Positions 32,509 to 44,534 are shown, counted from the first letter of the stretch. The stretch is DNA of 64,000 bases from an uncultured Gammaproteobacteria bacterium (GCA_963710815.1 CAVQCA010000022.1:9872-73871); one strand, 5' to 3'. The notes: a model not told the origin generated them from the sequence alone. Made by a program: numbers and translations.

Positions 32509-32560
32509 TTGCATAACCAAACCTGCCGTATATGATTCCGGTGACTGGATATACAGGCAG
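32509..32560 (+). promoter_or_regulatory. lexA promoter with SOS box
   Basis: TTGCAT-N16-TATGAT, then CTGGATATACAGGCAG (CTG-N10-CAG) at 32545-32560. Confidence 0.8.
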
Positions 32561-32568
32561 TCGCCGCC

Positions 32569-33177
32569 ATGGTCAGGGACACGCTTACCCCCCGCCAATC
32601 CGAGATTCTGGAGCTGGTCCGCAATTGCATTGCCGCGGACGGATGCCCCCCTACGCGTGCCGAGATTGCACGGCGTCTCGGATTCCGTTCGGCGAACGCG
32701 GCGGAGGATCACCTGCGCGCGCTGGCGCGCAAGGGCGTTATCGAACTGGTGCCCGGCGCATCGCGCGGTATTCGTCTCGTCGATGCCGTGTCCGGACTGC
32801 CGGTGGTGGGGCGCGTGGCGGCGGGTGAGCCCCTGCTCGCCGAACAGAATATCGAAGACTACTGCCCGGTCGATCCGGCCGTTTTCCATCCGCGCGCCGA
32901 TTACCTGCTGCGGGTGCGCGGGGACAGCATGAAGGATGCCGGTATCCTCGATGGTGACCTGCTGGCGGTGCATCGCACACCCTATGCCGTAAATGGTCGG
33001 ATCGTCGTGGCGCGTATCGGCGATGAGGTGGCGGTGAAACGGTTTCGCCGGCGGGGCGCGTTCGTACACCTGCTGTCCGAGAATCCGGACTACGGTCCGA
33101 TCAGGATTGATCTGCGCAGGCAGCCGCTGGTCATAGAGGGTTTGGCGGCCGGCATCCTGCGCAGGGGGACAGTGTAA
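32569..33177 (+). CDS. lexA: SOS repressor LexA
   Basis: [24 protein letters not shown] cleavage site, GDSM, VKR. Confidence 0.97.
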   Translation: MVRDTLTPRQSEILELVRNCIAADGCPPTRAEIARRLGFRSANAAEDHLRALARKGVIELVPGASRGIRLVDAVSGLPVVGRVAAGEPLLAEQNIEDYCPVDPAVFHPRADYLLRVRGDSMKDAGILDGDLLAVHRTPYAVNGRIVVARIGDEVAVKRFRRRGAFVHLLSENPDYGPIRIDLRRQPLVIEGLAAGILRRGTV

Positions 33178-33318
33178 GGATGCCGGGTGGTTGGATCGCG
33201 ATGTTATGCACCCGCTCGCAAGAGGAGCCGGAATTATTCCGAAGGAAGGGGTGTGCATCGGAAAAACCGGCGAATGTTCTGATACCATGACCTTTGCAAT
33301 GACCTGCACGGAAAGGTC

Positions 33319-34209
33319 TTGTCCAACAGGGAAAATCACGTGAGCATCACCGCATCGAATTCCGCCATATTGCTGATCGACTGTCCCGACCAGAGGGGGA
33401 TCGTCATCTCCATCACCGAGTTCATCTTCAAGAACGGCGGTAACATTCTCTATCTCGACCAGCATGTCGATGCGGAGCGTGAGATTTTCTTCATGCGCGT
33501 CGAATGGGATCTGGCCGGTTTCGCCATCGCGAAGGAAAAGATCGGCGAGTATTTCGATACGCTGGTGGCCGGTCGTTTTTCCATGCGATGGCGCCTGCAC
33601 TTCTCGAACGAGGTGCCGCGCATGGCGCTGTTCGTGTCAAGGCAGCCGCATTGCTTCTATGACCTCCTGGCTCGTTACGAGGCCGGTGAATGGCTGGTCG
33701 AGATCCCGCTGATCATCAGCAACCACCCCGATATGCAGCCGGCGGCGGAGCGACTCGGGATCGATTTCGTGCACCTGCCGATCACCGCGGAGAACCGACA
33801 GGCGCAGGAGCAGCGGCAGTTCGTCCTGCTGGAGCAGTACCGCATTGATTTCATCGTGCTGGCCCGTTACATGCAAATACTCGGGGAGGATTTCATCACG
33901 CGCTACCCGCAACGGATCATCAATATCCATCACTCCTTTCTGCCGGCATTCCCCGGAGCGCGCCCTTATCATTCGGCCCATGACCGCGGCGTCAAGATCA
34001 TCGGTGCCACCAGCCATTACGTGACCGCGGAACTGGATGCCGGACCCATCATCGGGCAGGACGTGGTGCGGGTCAGCCACAAGGATACGGTCGATGACAT
34101 GGTGCGCAAGGGACGCGATCTGGAGAAGATCGTGCTGGCGCGCGCCGTGTGGCATCACCTGCGGCATAACCTGCTGGTCTATGAAAACCGCACGGTCGTC
34201 TTCGAATAG
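33319..34209 (+). CDS. purU: Formyltetrahydrofolate deformylase (start 33319 or 33340)
   Basis: CPDQRGIV, LARYMQIL, INIHHSFLPAF, GVKIIGATSHYVT. Confidence 0.96.
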   Translation: MSNRENHVSITASNSAILLIDCPDQRGIVISITEFIFKNGGNILYLDQHVDAEREIFFMRVEWDLAGFAIAKEKIGEYFDTLVAGRFSMRWRLHFSNEVPRMALFVSRQPHCFYDLLARYEAGEWLVEIPLIISNHPDMQPAAERLGIDFVHLPITAENRQAQEQRQFVLLEQYRIDFIVLARYMQILGEDFITRYPQRIINIHHSFLPAFPGARPYHSAHDRGVKIIGATSHYVTAELDAGPIIGQDVVRVSHKDTVDDMVRKGRDLEKIVLARAVWHHLRHNLLVYENRTVVFE

Positions 34210-34499
34210 ACGATCTCGGTACCATCTGTTGTCCTTGTCTCCTTGATGCGGCGCCCTGATCGATAGCTGCCATCCCTGTAGGCCGGCCGGTGCGGCAGAT
34301 GGTCTTGCGATCCTGGCCCCTAAGCCGCCTGGAAACGCCTCCAGTGGCTGTGCGGACTGCGCAGCGTGACCGTCGACAGCAAGACCGGGAACCGGTCGAG
34401 AAGCTGGTCTGGGTCATGCTGTCGACGAGCGTACAGGGAGGTATCCACACCGCAGCCACCACCACCGCTCCACCTATATGGGTGTCTGCGGTTTAAGGC

Positions 34500-34653
34500 G
34501 AATGGCGCTTACTTAAGTCCAAATCGTGATAAATAGCTACGGAATCCACGGAAAAACACAGAAATTATCTGATGAATATTCCGTGTTTTTCCGTGTGCTT
34601 CCGTGGCCATTTATTTTTTTATAATGACGATATCCCTTAAGTAGGCGCCATTC
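34500..34653. mobile_element. IS4-like MITE (154 bp) carrying a CACGGAA hairpin
   Basis: TIRs GAATGGCGCTTACTTAAG / CTTAAGTAGGCGCCATTC (17/18); direct repeat GGTTTAAGGC at 34490-34499 and 34654-34663. Confidence 0.9.
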
Positions 34654-34692
34654 GGTTTAAGGCGGGATTCCCCGGGTAAACGGCCTGGGGTA

Positions 34693-35556
34693 TCAGCTTG
34701 CTTCGCCCCGGCGTACCGCTTGCTTGTAGTCCTGGTAATACCGGATCATGCGCCGCCACACGGGTCCCGGTTTGCCGTCTCCGACGGTACGATCGTCGAG
34801 ACGGATGACCGGGGAGATTTCCCTGCTGGAACTGGTAAGCCAGACTTCATCGGCGCGGAAAAGGTCTTCCACGGGGATATCGGCCTCCCGGCAGGGGGTG
34901 TCGTTGGCCTGCGCCAGTTCCAGTACGAGGTCGCGGGTCACGCCCGGCAGCAGGGCGGCACTGTTGGGCGGCGTCGTCACCACGCCGTCTCTCACGGCAA
35001 AGACGTTGCTGGCGGCGCCCTCGACCGCGCAGCCGTCCCTGATCAGGATGGCCTCGGCGGCATTCGCTTCAATGGCCTGCTGGCGCAGCAGGATATTGGG
35101 CAGCAGGGTGATGGCTTTGATGTTGCAGTACTGCCAGCGGATGTCGGTCAGGGTGATGGCGGCGATACCTGGTTCACTGTCGATCTCGCGTGCGGGCTGT
35201 CCCGGCGTGCACATGGCGAATACCGTCGGCGGGGTGGCGACCGGGAAGGCGTGGTCACGCTGTGGGGCAACACCGCGGGTGACCTGCAGGTAGATGCTCC
35301 GGTCCTGCTCCTGTGGCGCGTTGACCAGTTCCGACAGCATGGCTTTCCACTCCGCATCCGCGAGGGGATTGCCGATGCGAACTGCATCCAGGCTGTTCTG
35401 CAGGCGCCTCAGGTGGTGCTCGAGGCGGAAGAGTTTACCTCCATAGACGGGAATGACCTCATAGACGCCGTCACCGAACAGAAAGCCCCGGTCCAGTACC
35501 GGGATTTGCGCCTGATCGAGCGGCAGGAAGACACCGTTCAGGTAGGCGGTGGACAT
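34693..35556 (-). CDS. dat: D-amino-acid aminotransferase (class IV PLP)
   Basis: DRGFLFGDGVYEV, YLQVTRG, IKAITLLPN, EGAASN, LPGVTR. Confidence 0.9.
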   Translation of the reverse strand: MSTAYLNGVFLPLDQAQIPVLDRGFLFGDGVYEVIPVYGGKLFRLEHHLRRLQNSLDAVRIGNPLADAEWKAMLSELVNAPQEQDRSIYLQVTRGVAPQRDHAFPVATPPTVFAMCTPGQPAREIDSEPGIAAITLTDIRWQYCNIKAITLLPNILLRQQAIEANAAEAILIRDGCAVEGAASNVFAVRDGVVTTPPNSAALLPGVTRDLVLELAQANDTPCREADIPVEDLFRADEVWLTSSSREISPVIRLDDRTVGDGKPGPVWRRMIRYYQDYKQAVRRGEAS

Positions 35557-35600
35557 ACCGATTGCAGGATCGTGGTGCAAGGGGAGCGGGATGTTCGGTC

Positions 35601-36746
35601 CTATTCGAAGTAGAGCAGGGCATCATCCACGACGCGCCGCCAGATGGAGCCGGTATTTACCCCCTGCAAGGCAACCAGGTTCTCTTCGGCAATGACCGAA
35701 TCATCCAGGTGGACCTGCACCATGCCCAGCGTCTGATCCTTGCTGACCGGTGCCATGATGCGGTTATTGATGGTCATGGAGGCGCTCAGCGACTTGTACC
35801 GGCCGCGTGGAACGGTTGCATAAAGCGGCTTGAGCAGGCCCAGCGCCACCGTTTTGGCCTGCCCCTTCCAGACACGTGCGCTCGCGAGCTGTTTGCCCGC
35901 ATCGTAGAGTTTGTGCGTCTCGAAAAAGCGGAATCCGTAGTTAAGCAGGGCCTGACTGGTATCGGCGCGTGCATTTTCGCTCTCGGTGCCGAGAACGACG
36001 CTGATAAGGCGCATATTGTCCCTTTTTGCGGTGGACACCAGGCAGTAACCTGCGGATTCGGTATGGCCTGTCTTCATGCCATCCACCGACTCATTACGCC
36101 ACAGCAGCTTGTTTCGATTGTATTGCGTGATGCCGTCGAAGGTGAACTTCTTCTGGGAATACCAATGGAAGTATTCGGGGAACTCCCGGATGATGGCCGC
36201 CGCCACCACCGCGATATCATGCGCCGTCATGTAATGCTGGGGGTCCGGCAGGCCGGTGGAATTCACAAAGTGGCTGCCCTCCAGTCCCAGCGTGGCGGCG
36301 TACCGGTTCATCAGTGCGGCGAAGCTGTCCTCGGTGCCGGCGACATATTCGGCCAGCGCCACCGTGGCGTCATTACCGGACTGGACGATCATGCCTTGCA
36401 TCAGGTCCTCGACGCTTACCTGCTTGCCGACCTCGACGAACATGCGTGAGCCGGGAGTGCGCCACGCCTTCTCGCTTATCGTTACCATGTCGCTGAGTGA
36501 GATTTTACCTGCGTGCATCTCCTTGAAGATGACATAGGCGGTCATCAGCTTGGTGATGCTGGCGGGTTCGACTCGCTTGTCTGCGTCCTTTTCTGCGATG
36601 ATTCGTCCACTGTCAAAATCCTGCAGGATATAGGCCTTGGCCCCGATCGACGGGGGTTTGGGAACCGGCAGAGGCTCGGCCCGGAGGCCGGAGACGGCGA
36701 ACAGCAGCAGAACGAGGGCTAACAAACGCGTGAGTCGATAGGGCAT
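35601..36746 (-). CDS. dacA: D-alanyl-D-alanine carboxypeptidase (PBP5/6)
   Basis: PASITK, SGN, KTG motifs; signal peptide. Confidence 0.93.
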   Translation of the reverse strand: MPYRLTRLLALVLLLFAVSGLRAEPLPVPKPPSIGAKAYILQDFDSGRIIAEKDADKRVEPASITKLMTAYVIFKEMHAGKISLSDMVTISEKAWRTPGSRMFVEVGKQVSVEDLMQGMIVQSGNDATVALAEYVAGTEDSFAALMNRYAATLGLEGSHFVNSTGLPDPQHYMTAHDIAVVAAAIIREFPEYFHWYSQKKFTFDGITQYNRNKLLWRNESVDGMKTGHTESAGYCLVSTAKRDNMRLISVVLGTESENARADTSQALLNYGFRFFETHKLYDAGKQLASARVWKGQAKTVALGLLKPLYATVPRGRYKSLSASMTINNRIMAPVSKDQTLGMVQVHLDDSVIAEENLVALQGVNTGSIWRRVVDDALLYFE

Positions 36747-36840
36747 GATTTTCCAGTTCAGGTTGCGGGGGTAGGAACACCGAGCATTGTCCGCATGTCA
36801 CGGACGATTTGCAACGGTTCGGCGCCCGGTCGGGTGCGGG

Positions 36841-37743
36841 TCAGTTGATGACGACCGTGGTATCGCCGAAACCCTGTGATATCAAACTGCTGCTGATGCG
36901 ATCGGCCTCGTCGACGGATTGGAGCGGCCCGATCCTGACGCGGTAGATGGGGCCGGAGGCACTGGCGGCCTCCACGATGTGGATGGTGCCGATGTTGATT
37001 TTTTGTAATTTCCCGCTGAGACGAGTGGCATTGTCCCTGTTCCTGAAGGCGCCCACCTGGAGAAACAGTGAGGATGCCTGGTGCAAGACGGGCCTGGGGG
37101 CGGTGCGTGGCGGTTCCGGCGGCTTCGAGGGGTCGATCGCCACTACCTCGACCAGACCGGTGCCGGTGGCGAGTATGCCGAGCTTGGCGGCGGCGGCATA
37201 GGACAGGTCGATGATGCGGTTGGGATGAAACGGACCCCGGTCATTGATCTTGACGACGATGGATCGACCGTTCTTGAGATTGGTCACCCGTGCATAGGTC
37301 GGTAACGGCAGGGTCTTGTGGGCAGCCGTCATCTTGTAGAGGTCGTAGACTTCGCCACTCGAGGTGCGCTGGCCATGGAACTTGGTTCCGTACCACGAGG
37401 CAATGCCGCGCTCGTGGTAACCGGTGCGGCTCTTCAGCGTGTAGTAGCGATGACCAAAGACGACGTAGGAGACGGGGTTGCCGTAGCGGCTGAGGGGCTC
37501 ATTGCGGGGTACGGCATCCGGAATGCCGGAAATGTCGACCGGCTCCCGTGGGGCGTGGTCTCCGGTATCCCGGGTGACATGTGAACTGCACCCGGCAAAC
37601 AGCGCGGTGATCAATATGGCGGCGGCGAGCACCGCCGCGGACGGCAGGGTATTGGTGCAACAGGGGAACCTGGCGTTAACCGGACGGGTGCGGACGGCCC
37701 GCCGCGGCGGAAGTGGCGTGACTGACGCCGACCGGTTTTGCAT
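36841..37743 (-). CDS. rlpA: Septal lytic transglycosylase RlpA
   Basis: Lipobox FAGC, GIASWYG, TAAHKTLPLP, INDRGPF, C-terminal SPOR. Confidence 0.95.
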   Translation of the reverse strand: MQNRSASVTPLPPRRAVRTRPVNARFPCCTNTLPSAAVLAAAILITALFAGCSSHVTRDTGDHAPREPVDISGIPDAVPRNEPLSRYGNPVSYVVFGHRYYTLKSRTGYHERGIASWYGTKFHGQRTSSGEVYDLYKMTAAHKTLPLPTYARVTNLKNGRSIVVKINDRGPFHPNRIIDLSYAAAAKLGILATGTGLVEVVAIDPSKPPEPPRTAPRPVLHQASSLFLQVGAFRNRDNATRLSGKLQKINIGTIHIVEAASASGPIYRVRIGPLQSVDEADRISSSLISQGFGDTTVVIN

Positions 37744-37767
37744 GGCCTCCCACTCCCCCCGTGAGGT

Positions 37768-38787
37768 CTATTGACTGCGCGCGCGCGCCTGCCGGATTTC
37801 CTCGCTCAACTGATATACCGCCATCGCGTAAAGCGGGCTGTGGTTGTAACGGGTAATGACGTAGAAATTGTTCAACCCCAGCCAGTATTCCGGGCTGCTT
37901 TTCTGATCGAGTGATATCAGCGCGGCCAGCATATCGTCCGGAAGGGGATTTACCGGCGTGATGCCCGCCGATTTCAGCTGTTTCACCGTCATTTCCGGTT
38001 TCAGCCCCTTTTCGATGACGCTCTTGAAACGGTTCCCGGTGACACTGGCCCGGTCCGTTACCTTCGCGCCCGGTTTCCAGCCATTGACATGCAGGTAGTT
38101 CGCCACGCTGCCGATGATGTCCATGGGGCTGTCCCAGAGGTCGCGTTTTCCGTCCTGGTCGAAATCGACGGCATAGCGCTGATAGCTGCTGGGTATGAAC
38201 TGTCCATACCCCATGGCGCCGGCATAGGAGCCCTTGGTGTTCAGCAGGTCGATGTGTTCCTCGCGCGCCAGCAGCAGGTATTGTTCGAGTTCGCTGCGAA
38301 AGAATTTTGCCCTCGGCGGGTAGTCGAACGCCAGCGTCGAGAGCGCATCCAGCACGGCGTACTTTCCCGTATTCCCGCCGTAGCGGGTCTCCACACCGAT
38401 AATGGCCACGATGATCTGTGGCGCCACACCGTAGACCTTTTCTGCCTGCGCGAGCACCGCCGCATTCCGGTTCCAGAACTGCACCCCCCCATCGATGCGG
38501 CTCCGGGTCAGGAAGATATTCCGGTATTCATACCAGGCGAGTTTTTTCTCGGCCGGTTTGCTCATCAACGCCAGGATATCGTCGCTGCGATGGGCCTGGC
38601 TGAAGACTTTCTCCAGCTCTGCCTTGCTGAATCCGTGCTTTGAGACCATCTCATTGATGAATACCTGCACTTTCGGATTGGATGCATAACCATCGGATTG
38701 CGGCACGGACGCCGTGGTAGTGCAGGCCTGGAGCGCGCCGAGCAGGATGGTGGCGGTGATGACGAATTTCAGAAACCCTTTCGGCAT
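37768..38787 (-). CDS. mltB: Lytic murein transglycosylase B
   Basis: IIGVETRYG, GSYAGAMGYGQFIPSSY, ITRYNHSPLYAMAV. Confidence 0.96.
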   Translation of the reverse strand: MPKGFLKFVITATILLGALQACTTTASVPQSDGYASNPKVQVFINEMVSKHGFSKAELEKVFSQAHRSDDILALMSKPAEKKLAWYEYRNIFLTRSRIDGGVQFWNRNAAVLAQAEKVYGVAPQIIVAIIGVETRYGGNTGKYAVLDALSTLAFDYPPRAKFFRSELEQYLLLAREEHIDLLNTKGSYAGAMGYGQFIPSSYQRYAVDFDQDGKRDLWDSPMDIIGSVANYLHVNGWKPGAKVTDRASVTGNRFKSVIEKGLKPEMTVKQLKSAGITPVNPLPDDMLAALISLDQKSSPEYWLGLNNFYVITRYNHSPLYAMAVYQLSEEIRQARARSQ

Positions 38788-38831
38788 GGTTGAACTTCCC
38801 TCGTTATGGTGGCGCAAGCGATATTATCACT

Positions 38832-39956
38832 TCACGTCGGCAACAGCTTGCGATGCGTTTGTATCGACATCAGGATGCCAAACGCTGCCATCAACGTGAC
38901 GATCGATGTGCCACCGTAGCTGATCATCGGCAGCGGCAGGCCGACCACCGGCAGTATGCCGGACACCATACCGGTGTTGACGATCACATAGACGAAAAAC
39001 GTCATCGCCAGGCTCCCGGCAAGCAGCCGCGTGAAGGTGTCCTGCGCCTGGATGGCGATGAGGAGGCAGCGGACCACGATGACAACGTAAAACATGAACA
39101 GCACGGTGATCCCGATGAGGCCGAATTCCTCGCCGAGTACGGCAAAGATGAAATCGGTCGATCGCTCCGGAAGGAAATCCAGCTGCGACTGGGTTCCGTT
39201 CAGCCATCCCTTGCCGAACAGGCCACCGGATCCGATGGCGATCTCGGACTGAATGATATGGTAGCCGCTCCCCAGCGGGTCGACCTGCGGATTGAGAAAG
39301 GTGATCACGCGCTGGCGCTGGTAATCGTGCATGAAATGCCACAGGATCGGGGCGGCAGCGGCGGCGAGTACGGAGAGTATGGCCAGCAGGCGCCATTGCA
39401 GACCGGCAAGAAAAAGGACGAAGAACCCGGCGCTGGCGATGAGCAGCGCGGTGCCGAGATCAGGCTGCTTGACGATCATCAGCGTGGGCACGACGATCAT
39501 CACAAGGCTGGTGAGCAGCTGCATGCGGTTCGGAGGCAGGGAGACATCGGCCAGGAACCAGGCAATCATCATGGGAACGGCCAGCTTCATCATCTCGGAG
39601 GGCTGGAAACGCACGATATAGAGGTCCAGCCAGCGTTGCGCTCCGCCGCTGATCTCGCCCCTGATCAGAACCGCGAGCAGCAACAGGATGCCGGCCGCGT
39701 AGACCCATGGCGTGATACGTTGCAGCAGGCGGGGCGTGACCTGAGCCATCGTGATCATCACGGCATAGGCGATGCACAGGCGCAGTATCTGGCGGCCGAC
39801 CAGGTCCATGTCCCTGCCGCCGGCGCTGTAGAGCACCAGCAACCCGATGGCCGAGAGTCCGATCAACGCGATCAGCAGCGGCACATCGATGTGCAGCCTG
39901 TACTGCCAGCCACGCTGGCTGGCGTCATCGCGGCTGGTTGAGATCACGGCGTTCAT
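38832..39956 (-). CDS. rodA: Rod shape-determining protein RodA
   Basis: GAQRW, FQPSE, QPDLGT, TDFIF, ISYGG. Confidence 0.97.
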   Translation of the reverse strand: MNAVISTSRDDASQRGWQYRLHIDVPLLIALIGLSAIGLLVLYSAGGRDMDLVGRQILRLCIAYAVMITMAQVTPRLLQRITPWVYAAGILLLLAVLIRGEISGGAQRWLDLYIVRFQPSEMMKLAVPMMIAWFLADVSLPPNRMQLLTSLVMIVVPTLMIVKQPDLGTALLIASAGFFVLFLAGLQWRLLAILSVLAAAAAPILWHFMHDYQRQRVITFLNPQVDPLGSGYHIIQSEIAIGSGGLFGKGWLNGTQSQLDFLPERSTDFIFAVLGEEFGLIGITVLFMFYVVIVVRCLLIAIQAQDTFTRLLAGSLAMTFFVYVIVNTGMVSGILPVVGLPLPMISYGGTSIVTLMAAFGILMSIQTHRKLLPT

Positions 39957-41803
39957 GACGGTCCCCCCAGTAGATAACTGTCCATGATGGCGCGGGCAAT
40001 GGGCGCTGCCACGGAGCTGCCGGCACCGCCGTGTTCGACGATGACGGCCACGACGATCTTCGGGTCGTCCGCCGGCGCGAAGGCGATGAACAGGGCATTA
40101 TCGCGCAGTTTTTCCTCAAGATGCTTCGCATCGTATTTTTCCTCCTGCTTGAGGCCAAAGACCTGCGCCGTTCCGGTCTTGCCGGCGATCTTGTAGCGAG
40201 CGCCGATGCCGATGCGCCGTGCGGTGCCATGGGCGCTGTTCACGACATCGATCATGGCATTGATGACCGTGTCCCAGTTATTCGGGTCATTCACCGGGAC
40301 GGTTTCCTCGATCTGAACCGGATGCGGCAGCAGGGCACTGCTGCCGGCCTCCTGCTCCGCATGAACGATGGATGGTCTGACGCGCAGGCCGTGGTTCGCC
40401 AGTGTCGCCGTGGCCGTCACCAGCTGCAGGGGTGTGGTCAGGAAAAAGCCCTGGCCGATGCCGGTGATGAGGGTCTCGCCGGGAAACCATGGCTGGTTGC
40501 GGTGTTTACGTTTCCACTGCGCCGACGGCAGCAGTCCCGGCAATTCTCCCTGGATGTCGATGTTGGTGAGCTTGCCGAAGCCGAAGTGCGAGAGATAGTC
40601 ATGTATCCGGTCGATGCCCAGCGACATGGCGAGGTCATAGAAGTACACGTCGCAGGACTGGGTTATCGCCGTGACGAGGTTGACCGTGCCGTGACCGCCA
40701 TGTTTCCAGTCGCGGTATCTGTGCGTGCTGCCCGGCAATGTGAAAAATCCCGGGCAATAGGTGGTCGATCGGGCGGTGGTGACGCCGAGTTCCAGCCCGG
40801 CCAGCCCCATGAACGGTTTGATGGTGGAGCCCGGCGCGTACTGTCCGCGCAGGGCGCGGTTGAACAGGGGCTGGTTGCCGTCATTCCTGAGCGCCTCGTA
40901 GTCGGCCTGCTCGATCCCGTTCACGAAGAGATTCGGGTCATAGGTCGGCATGCTGACCAGGGCAAGGATGTCGCCGTTGCGGGGATCCATCGCGACCGCG
41001 GTGCCCGTATAGTCGCCAAAGGCCTTCTCCGCCGCGTCCTGCAGGCGTGAATCCAGTGTCAGGTAGAGATTTCTGCCCGCGACGGGCGGGGTGCGCTGCA
41101 GCACCCGCAGCACGCGCCCCTGGGCGGTGGTTTCCACCTGCTGCACGCCGACCTTGCCGTGCAGCACGTCCTCATAGGTTTTCTCGATGCCGATCTTGCC
41201 GACGTGCGTCGTGCCATTGTAATTGGACGGATCCAGATGCTTCAGGGCGTATTCATCGATCCGCCCGACATACCCCAGTGCGTGCGCCGCCAGCTTGCCC
41301 AGCGGATAATGCCGGGCCAGGCCGGCCTGGATATCGACGCCTGGAAAACGGTACCGGTTGACGGAAAAGCGTCCGACCTCTTCATCGCTCAGGTGAAAGC
41401 GCAGCGGCACGGCCTCGAAGCGCGGCTTGTTGCGCAGGAGTCTCTCGAACCGGATGCGGTCGACATCGCGGATGTCGATGATCTTCGCGAGTTCCGCGAG
41501 GGTCTTGTCCATGTCATCGACCTGTTCCGCGGTGATTTCGAGACGGTAGGAGGGCAGGTTGTCGGCGAGCAGGATGCCGTTGCGGTCATAGATCAGGCCG
41601 CGGTTGGGCGGAATGGCCTGCAGCTTCACGCGATTGTCTTCCGAGAGCGTCGTGAAGTGTGCATGCGCGATGATCTGCAGGTAGAAGAGCCGGCTGAACA
41701 GTGCCGCCAGCAGCACCCCGCAGAACACAAGCAGGATGATCGCCCGGTTGGTGAACAGGCGATATTCGAGAAAATGGTCCTTGAGCGTCAGTTGTCGCAG
41801 CAT
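39953..41803 (-). CDS. mrdA: Penicillin-binding protein 2
   Basis: PNRGLIYDRNG, STIK, SCD, KTGTAQ. Confidence 0.97.
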   Translation of the reverse strand: MLRQLTLKDHFLEYRLFTNRAIILLVFCGVLLAALFSRLFYLQIIAHAHFTTLSEDNRVKLQAIPPNRGLIYDRNGILLADNLPSYRLEITAEQVDDMDKTLAELAKIIDIRDVDRIRFERLLRNKPRFEAVPLRFHLSDEEVGRFSVNRYRFPGVDIQAGLARHYPLGKLAAHALGYVGRIDEYALKHLDPSNYNGTTHVGKIGIEKTYEDVLHGKVGVQQVETTAQGRVLRVLQRTPPVAGRNLYLTLDSRLQDAAEKAFGDYTGTAVAMDPRNGDILALVSMPTYDPNLFVNGIEQADYEALRNDGNQPLFNRALRGQYAPGSTIKPFMGLAGLELGVTTARSTTYCPGFFTLPGSTHRYRDWKHGGHGTVNLVTAITQSCDVYFYDLAMSLGIDRIHDYLSHFGFGKLTNIDIQGELPGLLPSAQWKRKHRNQPWFPGETLITGIGQGFFLTTPLQLVTATATLANHGLRVRPSIVHAEQEAGSSALLPHPVQIEETVPVNDPNNWDTVINAMIDVVNSAHGTARRIGIGARYKIAGKTGTAQVFGLKQEEKYDAKHLEEKLRDNALFIAFAPADDPKIVVAVIVEHGGAGSSVAAPIARAIMDSYLLGGPS

Positions 41804-41825
41804 CACGGTCGATGAGAGTGCATCC

Positions 41826-42314
41826 CTAACTGACGCGGAAGCCCCGCCGCAGTGATCGCAGGGTGACATAGACCAGCGGCCACAACATCATGCTGGTGAA
41901 GGAGGGGGTCCAGTAATACCAGGGGGGGGGTGGACGGCCGATGAAGCGACTGACCCATAATGCCAGCAGCTGATGAAGCACCAGCAATACCAGCACCGTA
42001 AGCGCCTGTTGCCAGATCGGGAACAGCCGGACGCGCTGATGGAAGCGCAATGTCAGAAAGGCGACGATGGTGAGCGCCATGGCGTGCTGGCCCAGCAGGG
42101 TGCCGGTCAGCAGATCAACCAGCAGACCCATAAACCAGCCGGTGATGACGCCGACCCGCTCCGGCACTGCCAGACACCAGTAGATCAGCACCAGTCCGAC
42201 CCAGTCGGGCCTGCTGTAACGCAGCCAATCCGGCAGGGGGATAATGGTGAGCAGCAGGGCTATCACGAACGTCGCTACGATCACGCCGCCGCCATGATGC
42301 CGGGCAAGGGTCAC
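41826..42314 (-). CDS. mreD: Rod shape-determining protein MreD
   Basis: RPDWVGLVLIYW, DLLTGTLLGQHA; operon position. Confidence 0.94.
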   Translation of the reverse strand: MTLARHHGGGVIVATFVIALLLTIIPLPDWLRYSRPDWVGLVLIYWCLAVPERVGVITGWFMGLLVDLLTGTLLGQHAMALTIVAFLTLRFHQRVRLFPIWQQALTVLVLLVLHQLLALWVSRFIGRPPPPWYYWTPSFTSMMLWPLVYVTLRSLRRGFRVS

Positions 42315-43237
42315 TGCGTCTTCTCTGTCGCGGTGGCGGGGGCGTCCGCTCCGTGCGCCGCCGCTTTTCCGGGGGGCTTGTTCCCCGCCGGGGCGATGGC
42401 AGGCTTCAGGACATGGGTTTCTCCCGGCCATACCAGCAGGACTTCGCGACTGCGGTCCAGGCGTGCGGTGGGTGTTGCCGTGACCTGCGCGAAGGATTGT
42501 CCGGGGTCATGCGTGACGGATTCCACGATGGCCACCGGGTAGCCGGGCGGGAACTTGCCGCCCAGGCCTGAAGTGGTCAGCAGGTCACCGGGCCGTATGT
42601 CGGCGTTGTTCGCAATGTAGGGCAGATCCAGCCGGTTGATGGTCCCGCTGCCTATGGCGATGGTCCGCATGCCGTTGCGGTTGACCTGCACCGGGATGGC
42701 GTGCGAGGTATCGGTGATCAGCAGGGCGGTAGAGGTGTAGGGCCCGACATGGATCACCTGGCCCATCACGCCATTGGCATCGAGCAGCGGCTGGCCCTGG
42801 TAGATGTTGTCCAGTTCACCCTTGTTGATGACGACCTGGTGCTGATAGGGGTCGAGATTGACTGACAGAAGCTCCGCCACCAGGATTTTCTTGCCGACCT
42901 GGAAGGATGAGTCGAGCAGCTCGCGCAGGCGGATGTTCTCGACCTCCAGCGACTGCAGTTTCAGCGTCTGGGCCTTGAGCATCAGGATCTGGGTGCGCAG
43001 GCTGGCGTTCTCCTCCTGCAGCTTGCGGCGCGTGGCCAGGGATTCGCTGAACCACCCGTAGACCGAAACGGGCAGCTCCACGATCATCTGCAGCGGGTAG
43101 ACCACCACCGACAGGCTGGCGCGCAACGACTCGATGTGCTGCTGGCGGTGGTCCATCGTCATCAGCACGACCGACAGGATGACGAACACGACCAGTCGCG
43201 CGGTAATCGAGGGACCCTGTGTGAAAATCAGCTTCAT
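42311..43237 (-). CDS. mreC: Rod shape-determining protein MreC
   Basis: ENIRLRELL, TSGLGGKFPPGYPVA. Confidence 0.95.
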   Translation of the reverse strand: MKLIFTQGPSITARLVVFVILSVVLMTMDHRQQHIESLRASLSVVVYPLQMIVELPVSVYGWFSESLATRRKLQEENASLRTQILMLKAQTLKLQSLEVENIRLRELLDSSFQVGKKILVAELLSVNLDPYQHQVVINKGELDNIYQGQPLLDANGVMGQVIHVGPYTSTALLITDTSHAIPVQVNRNGMRTIAIGSGTINRLDLPYIANNADIRPGDLLTTSGLGGKFPPGYPVAIVESVTHDPGQSFAQVTATPTARLDRSREVLLVWPGETHVLKPAIAPAGNKPPGKAAAHGADAPATATEKTQ

Positions 43238-43349
43238 GGGATCACCTCTTGGTAAAGTGGCGCCGGTCCGCAAGCGAAGGATGCCTTGCGACGGTTGGCC
43301 TGCAATTCCAGCTAACTTGCCCCGTCAGGGTGGCATGGCGTTGCCGCGG

Positions 43350-44444
<1,095 letters not shown>

Positions 44445-44534
44445 CTATCAACGGGGGGCGCTTTGGGCAAGGAGTCAATTGTGCTACCTTTGCGGCCCTG
44501 TCAAGAACCACTCGTACCGTTGCCGGAGTCCTGT

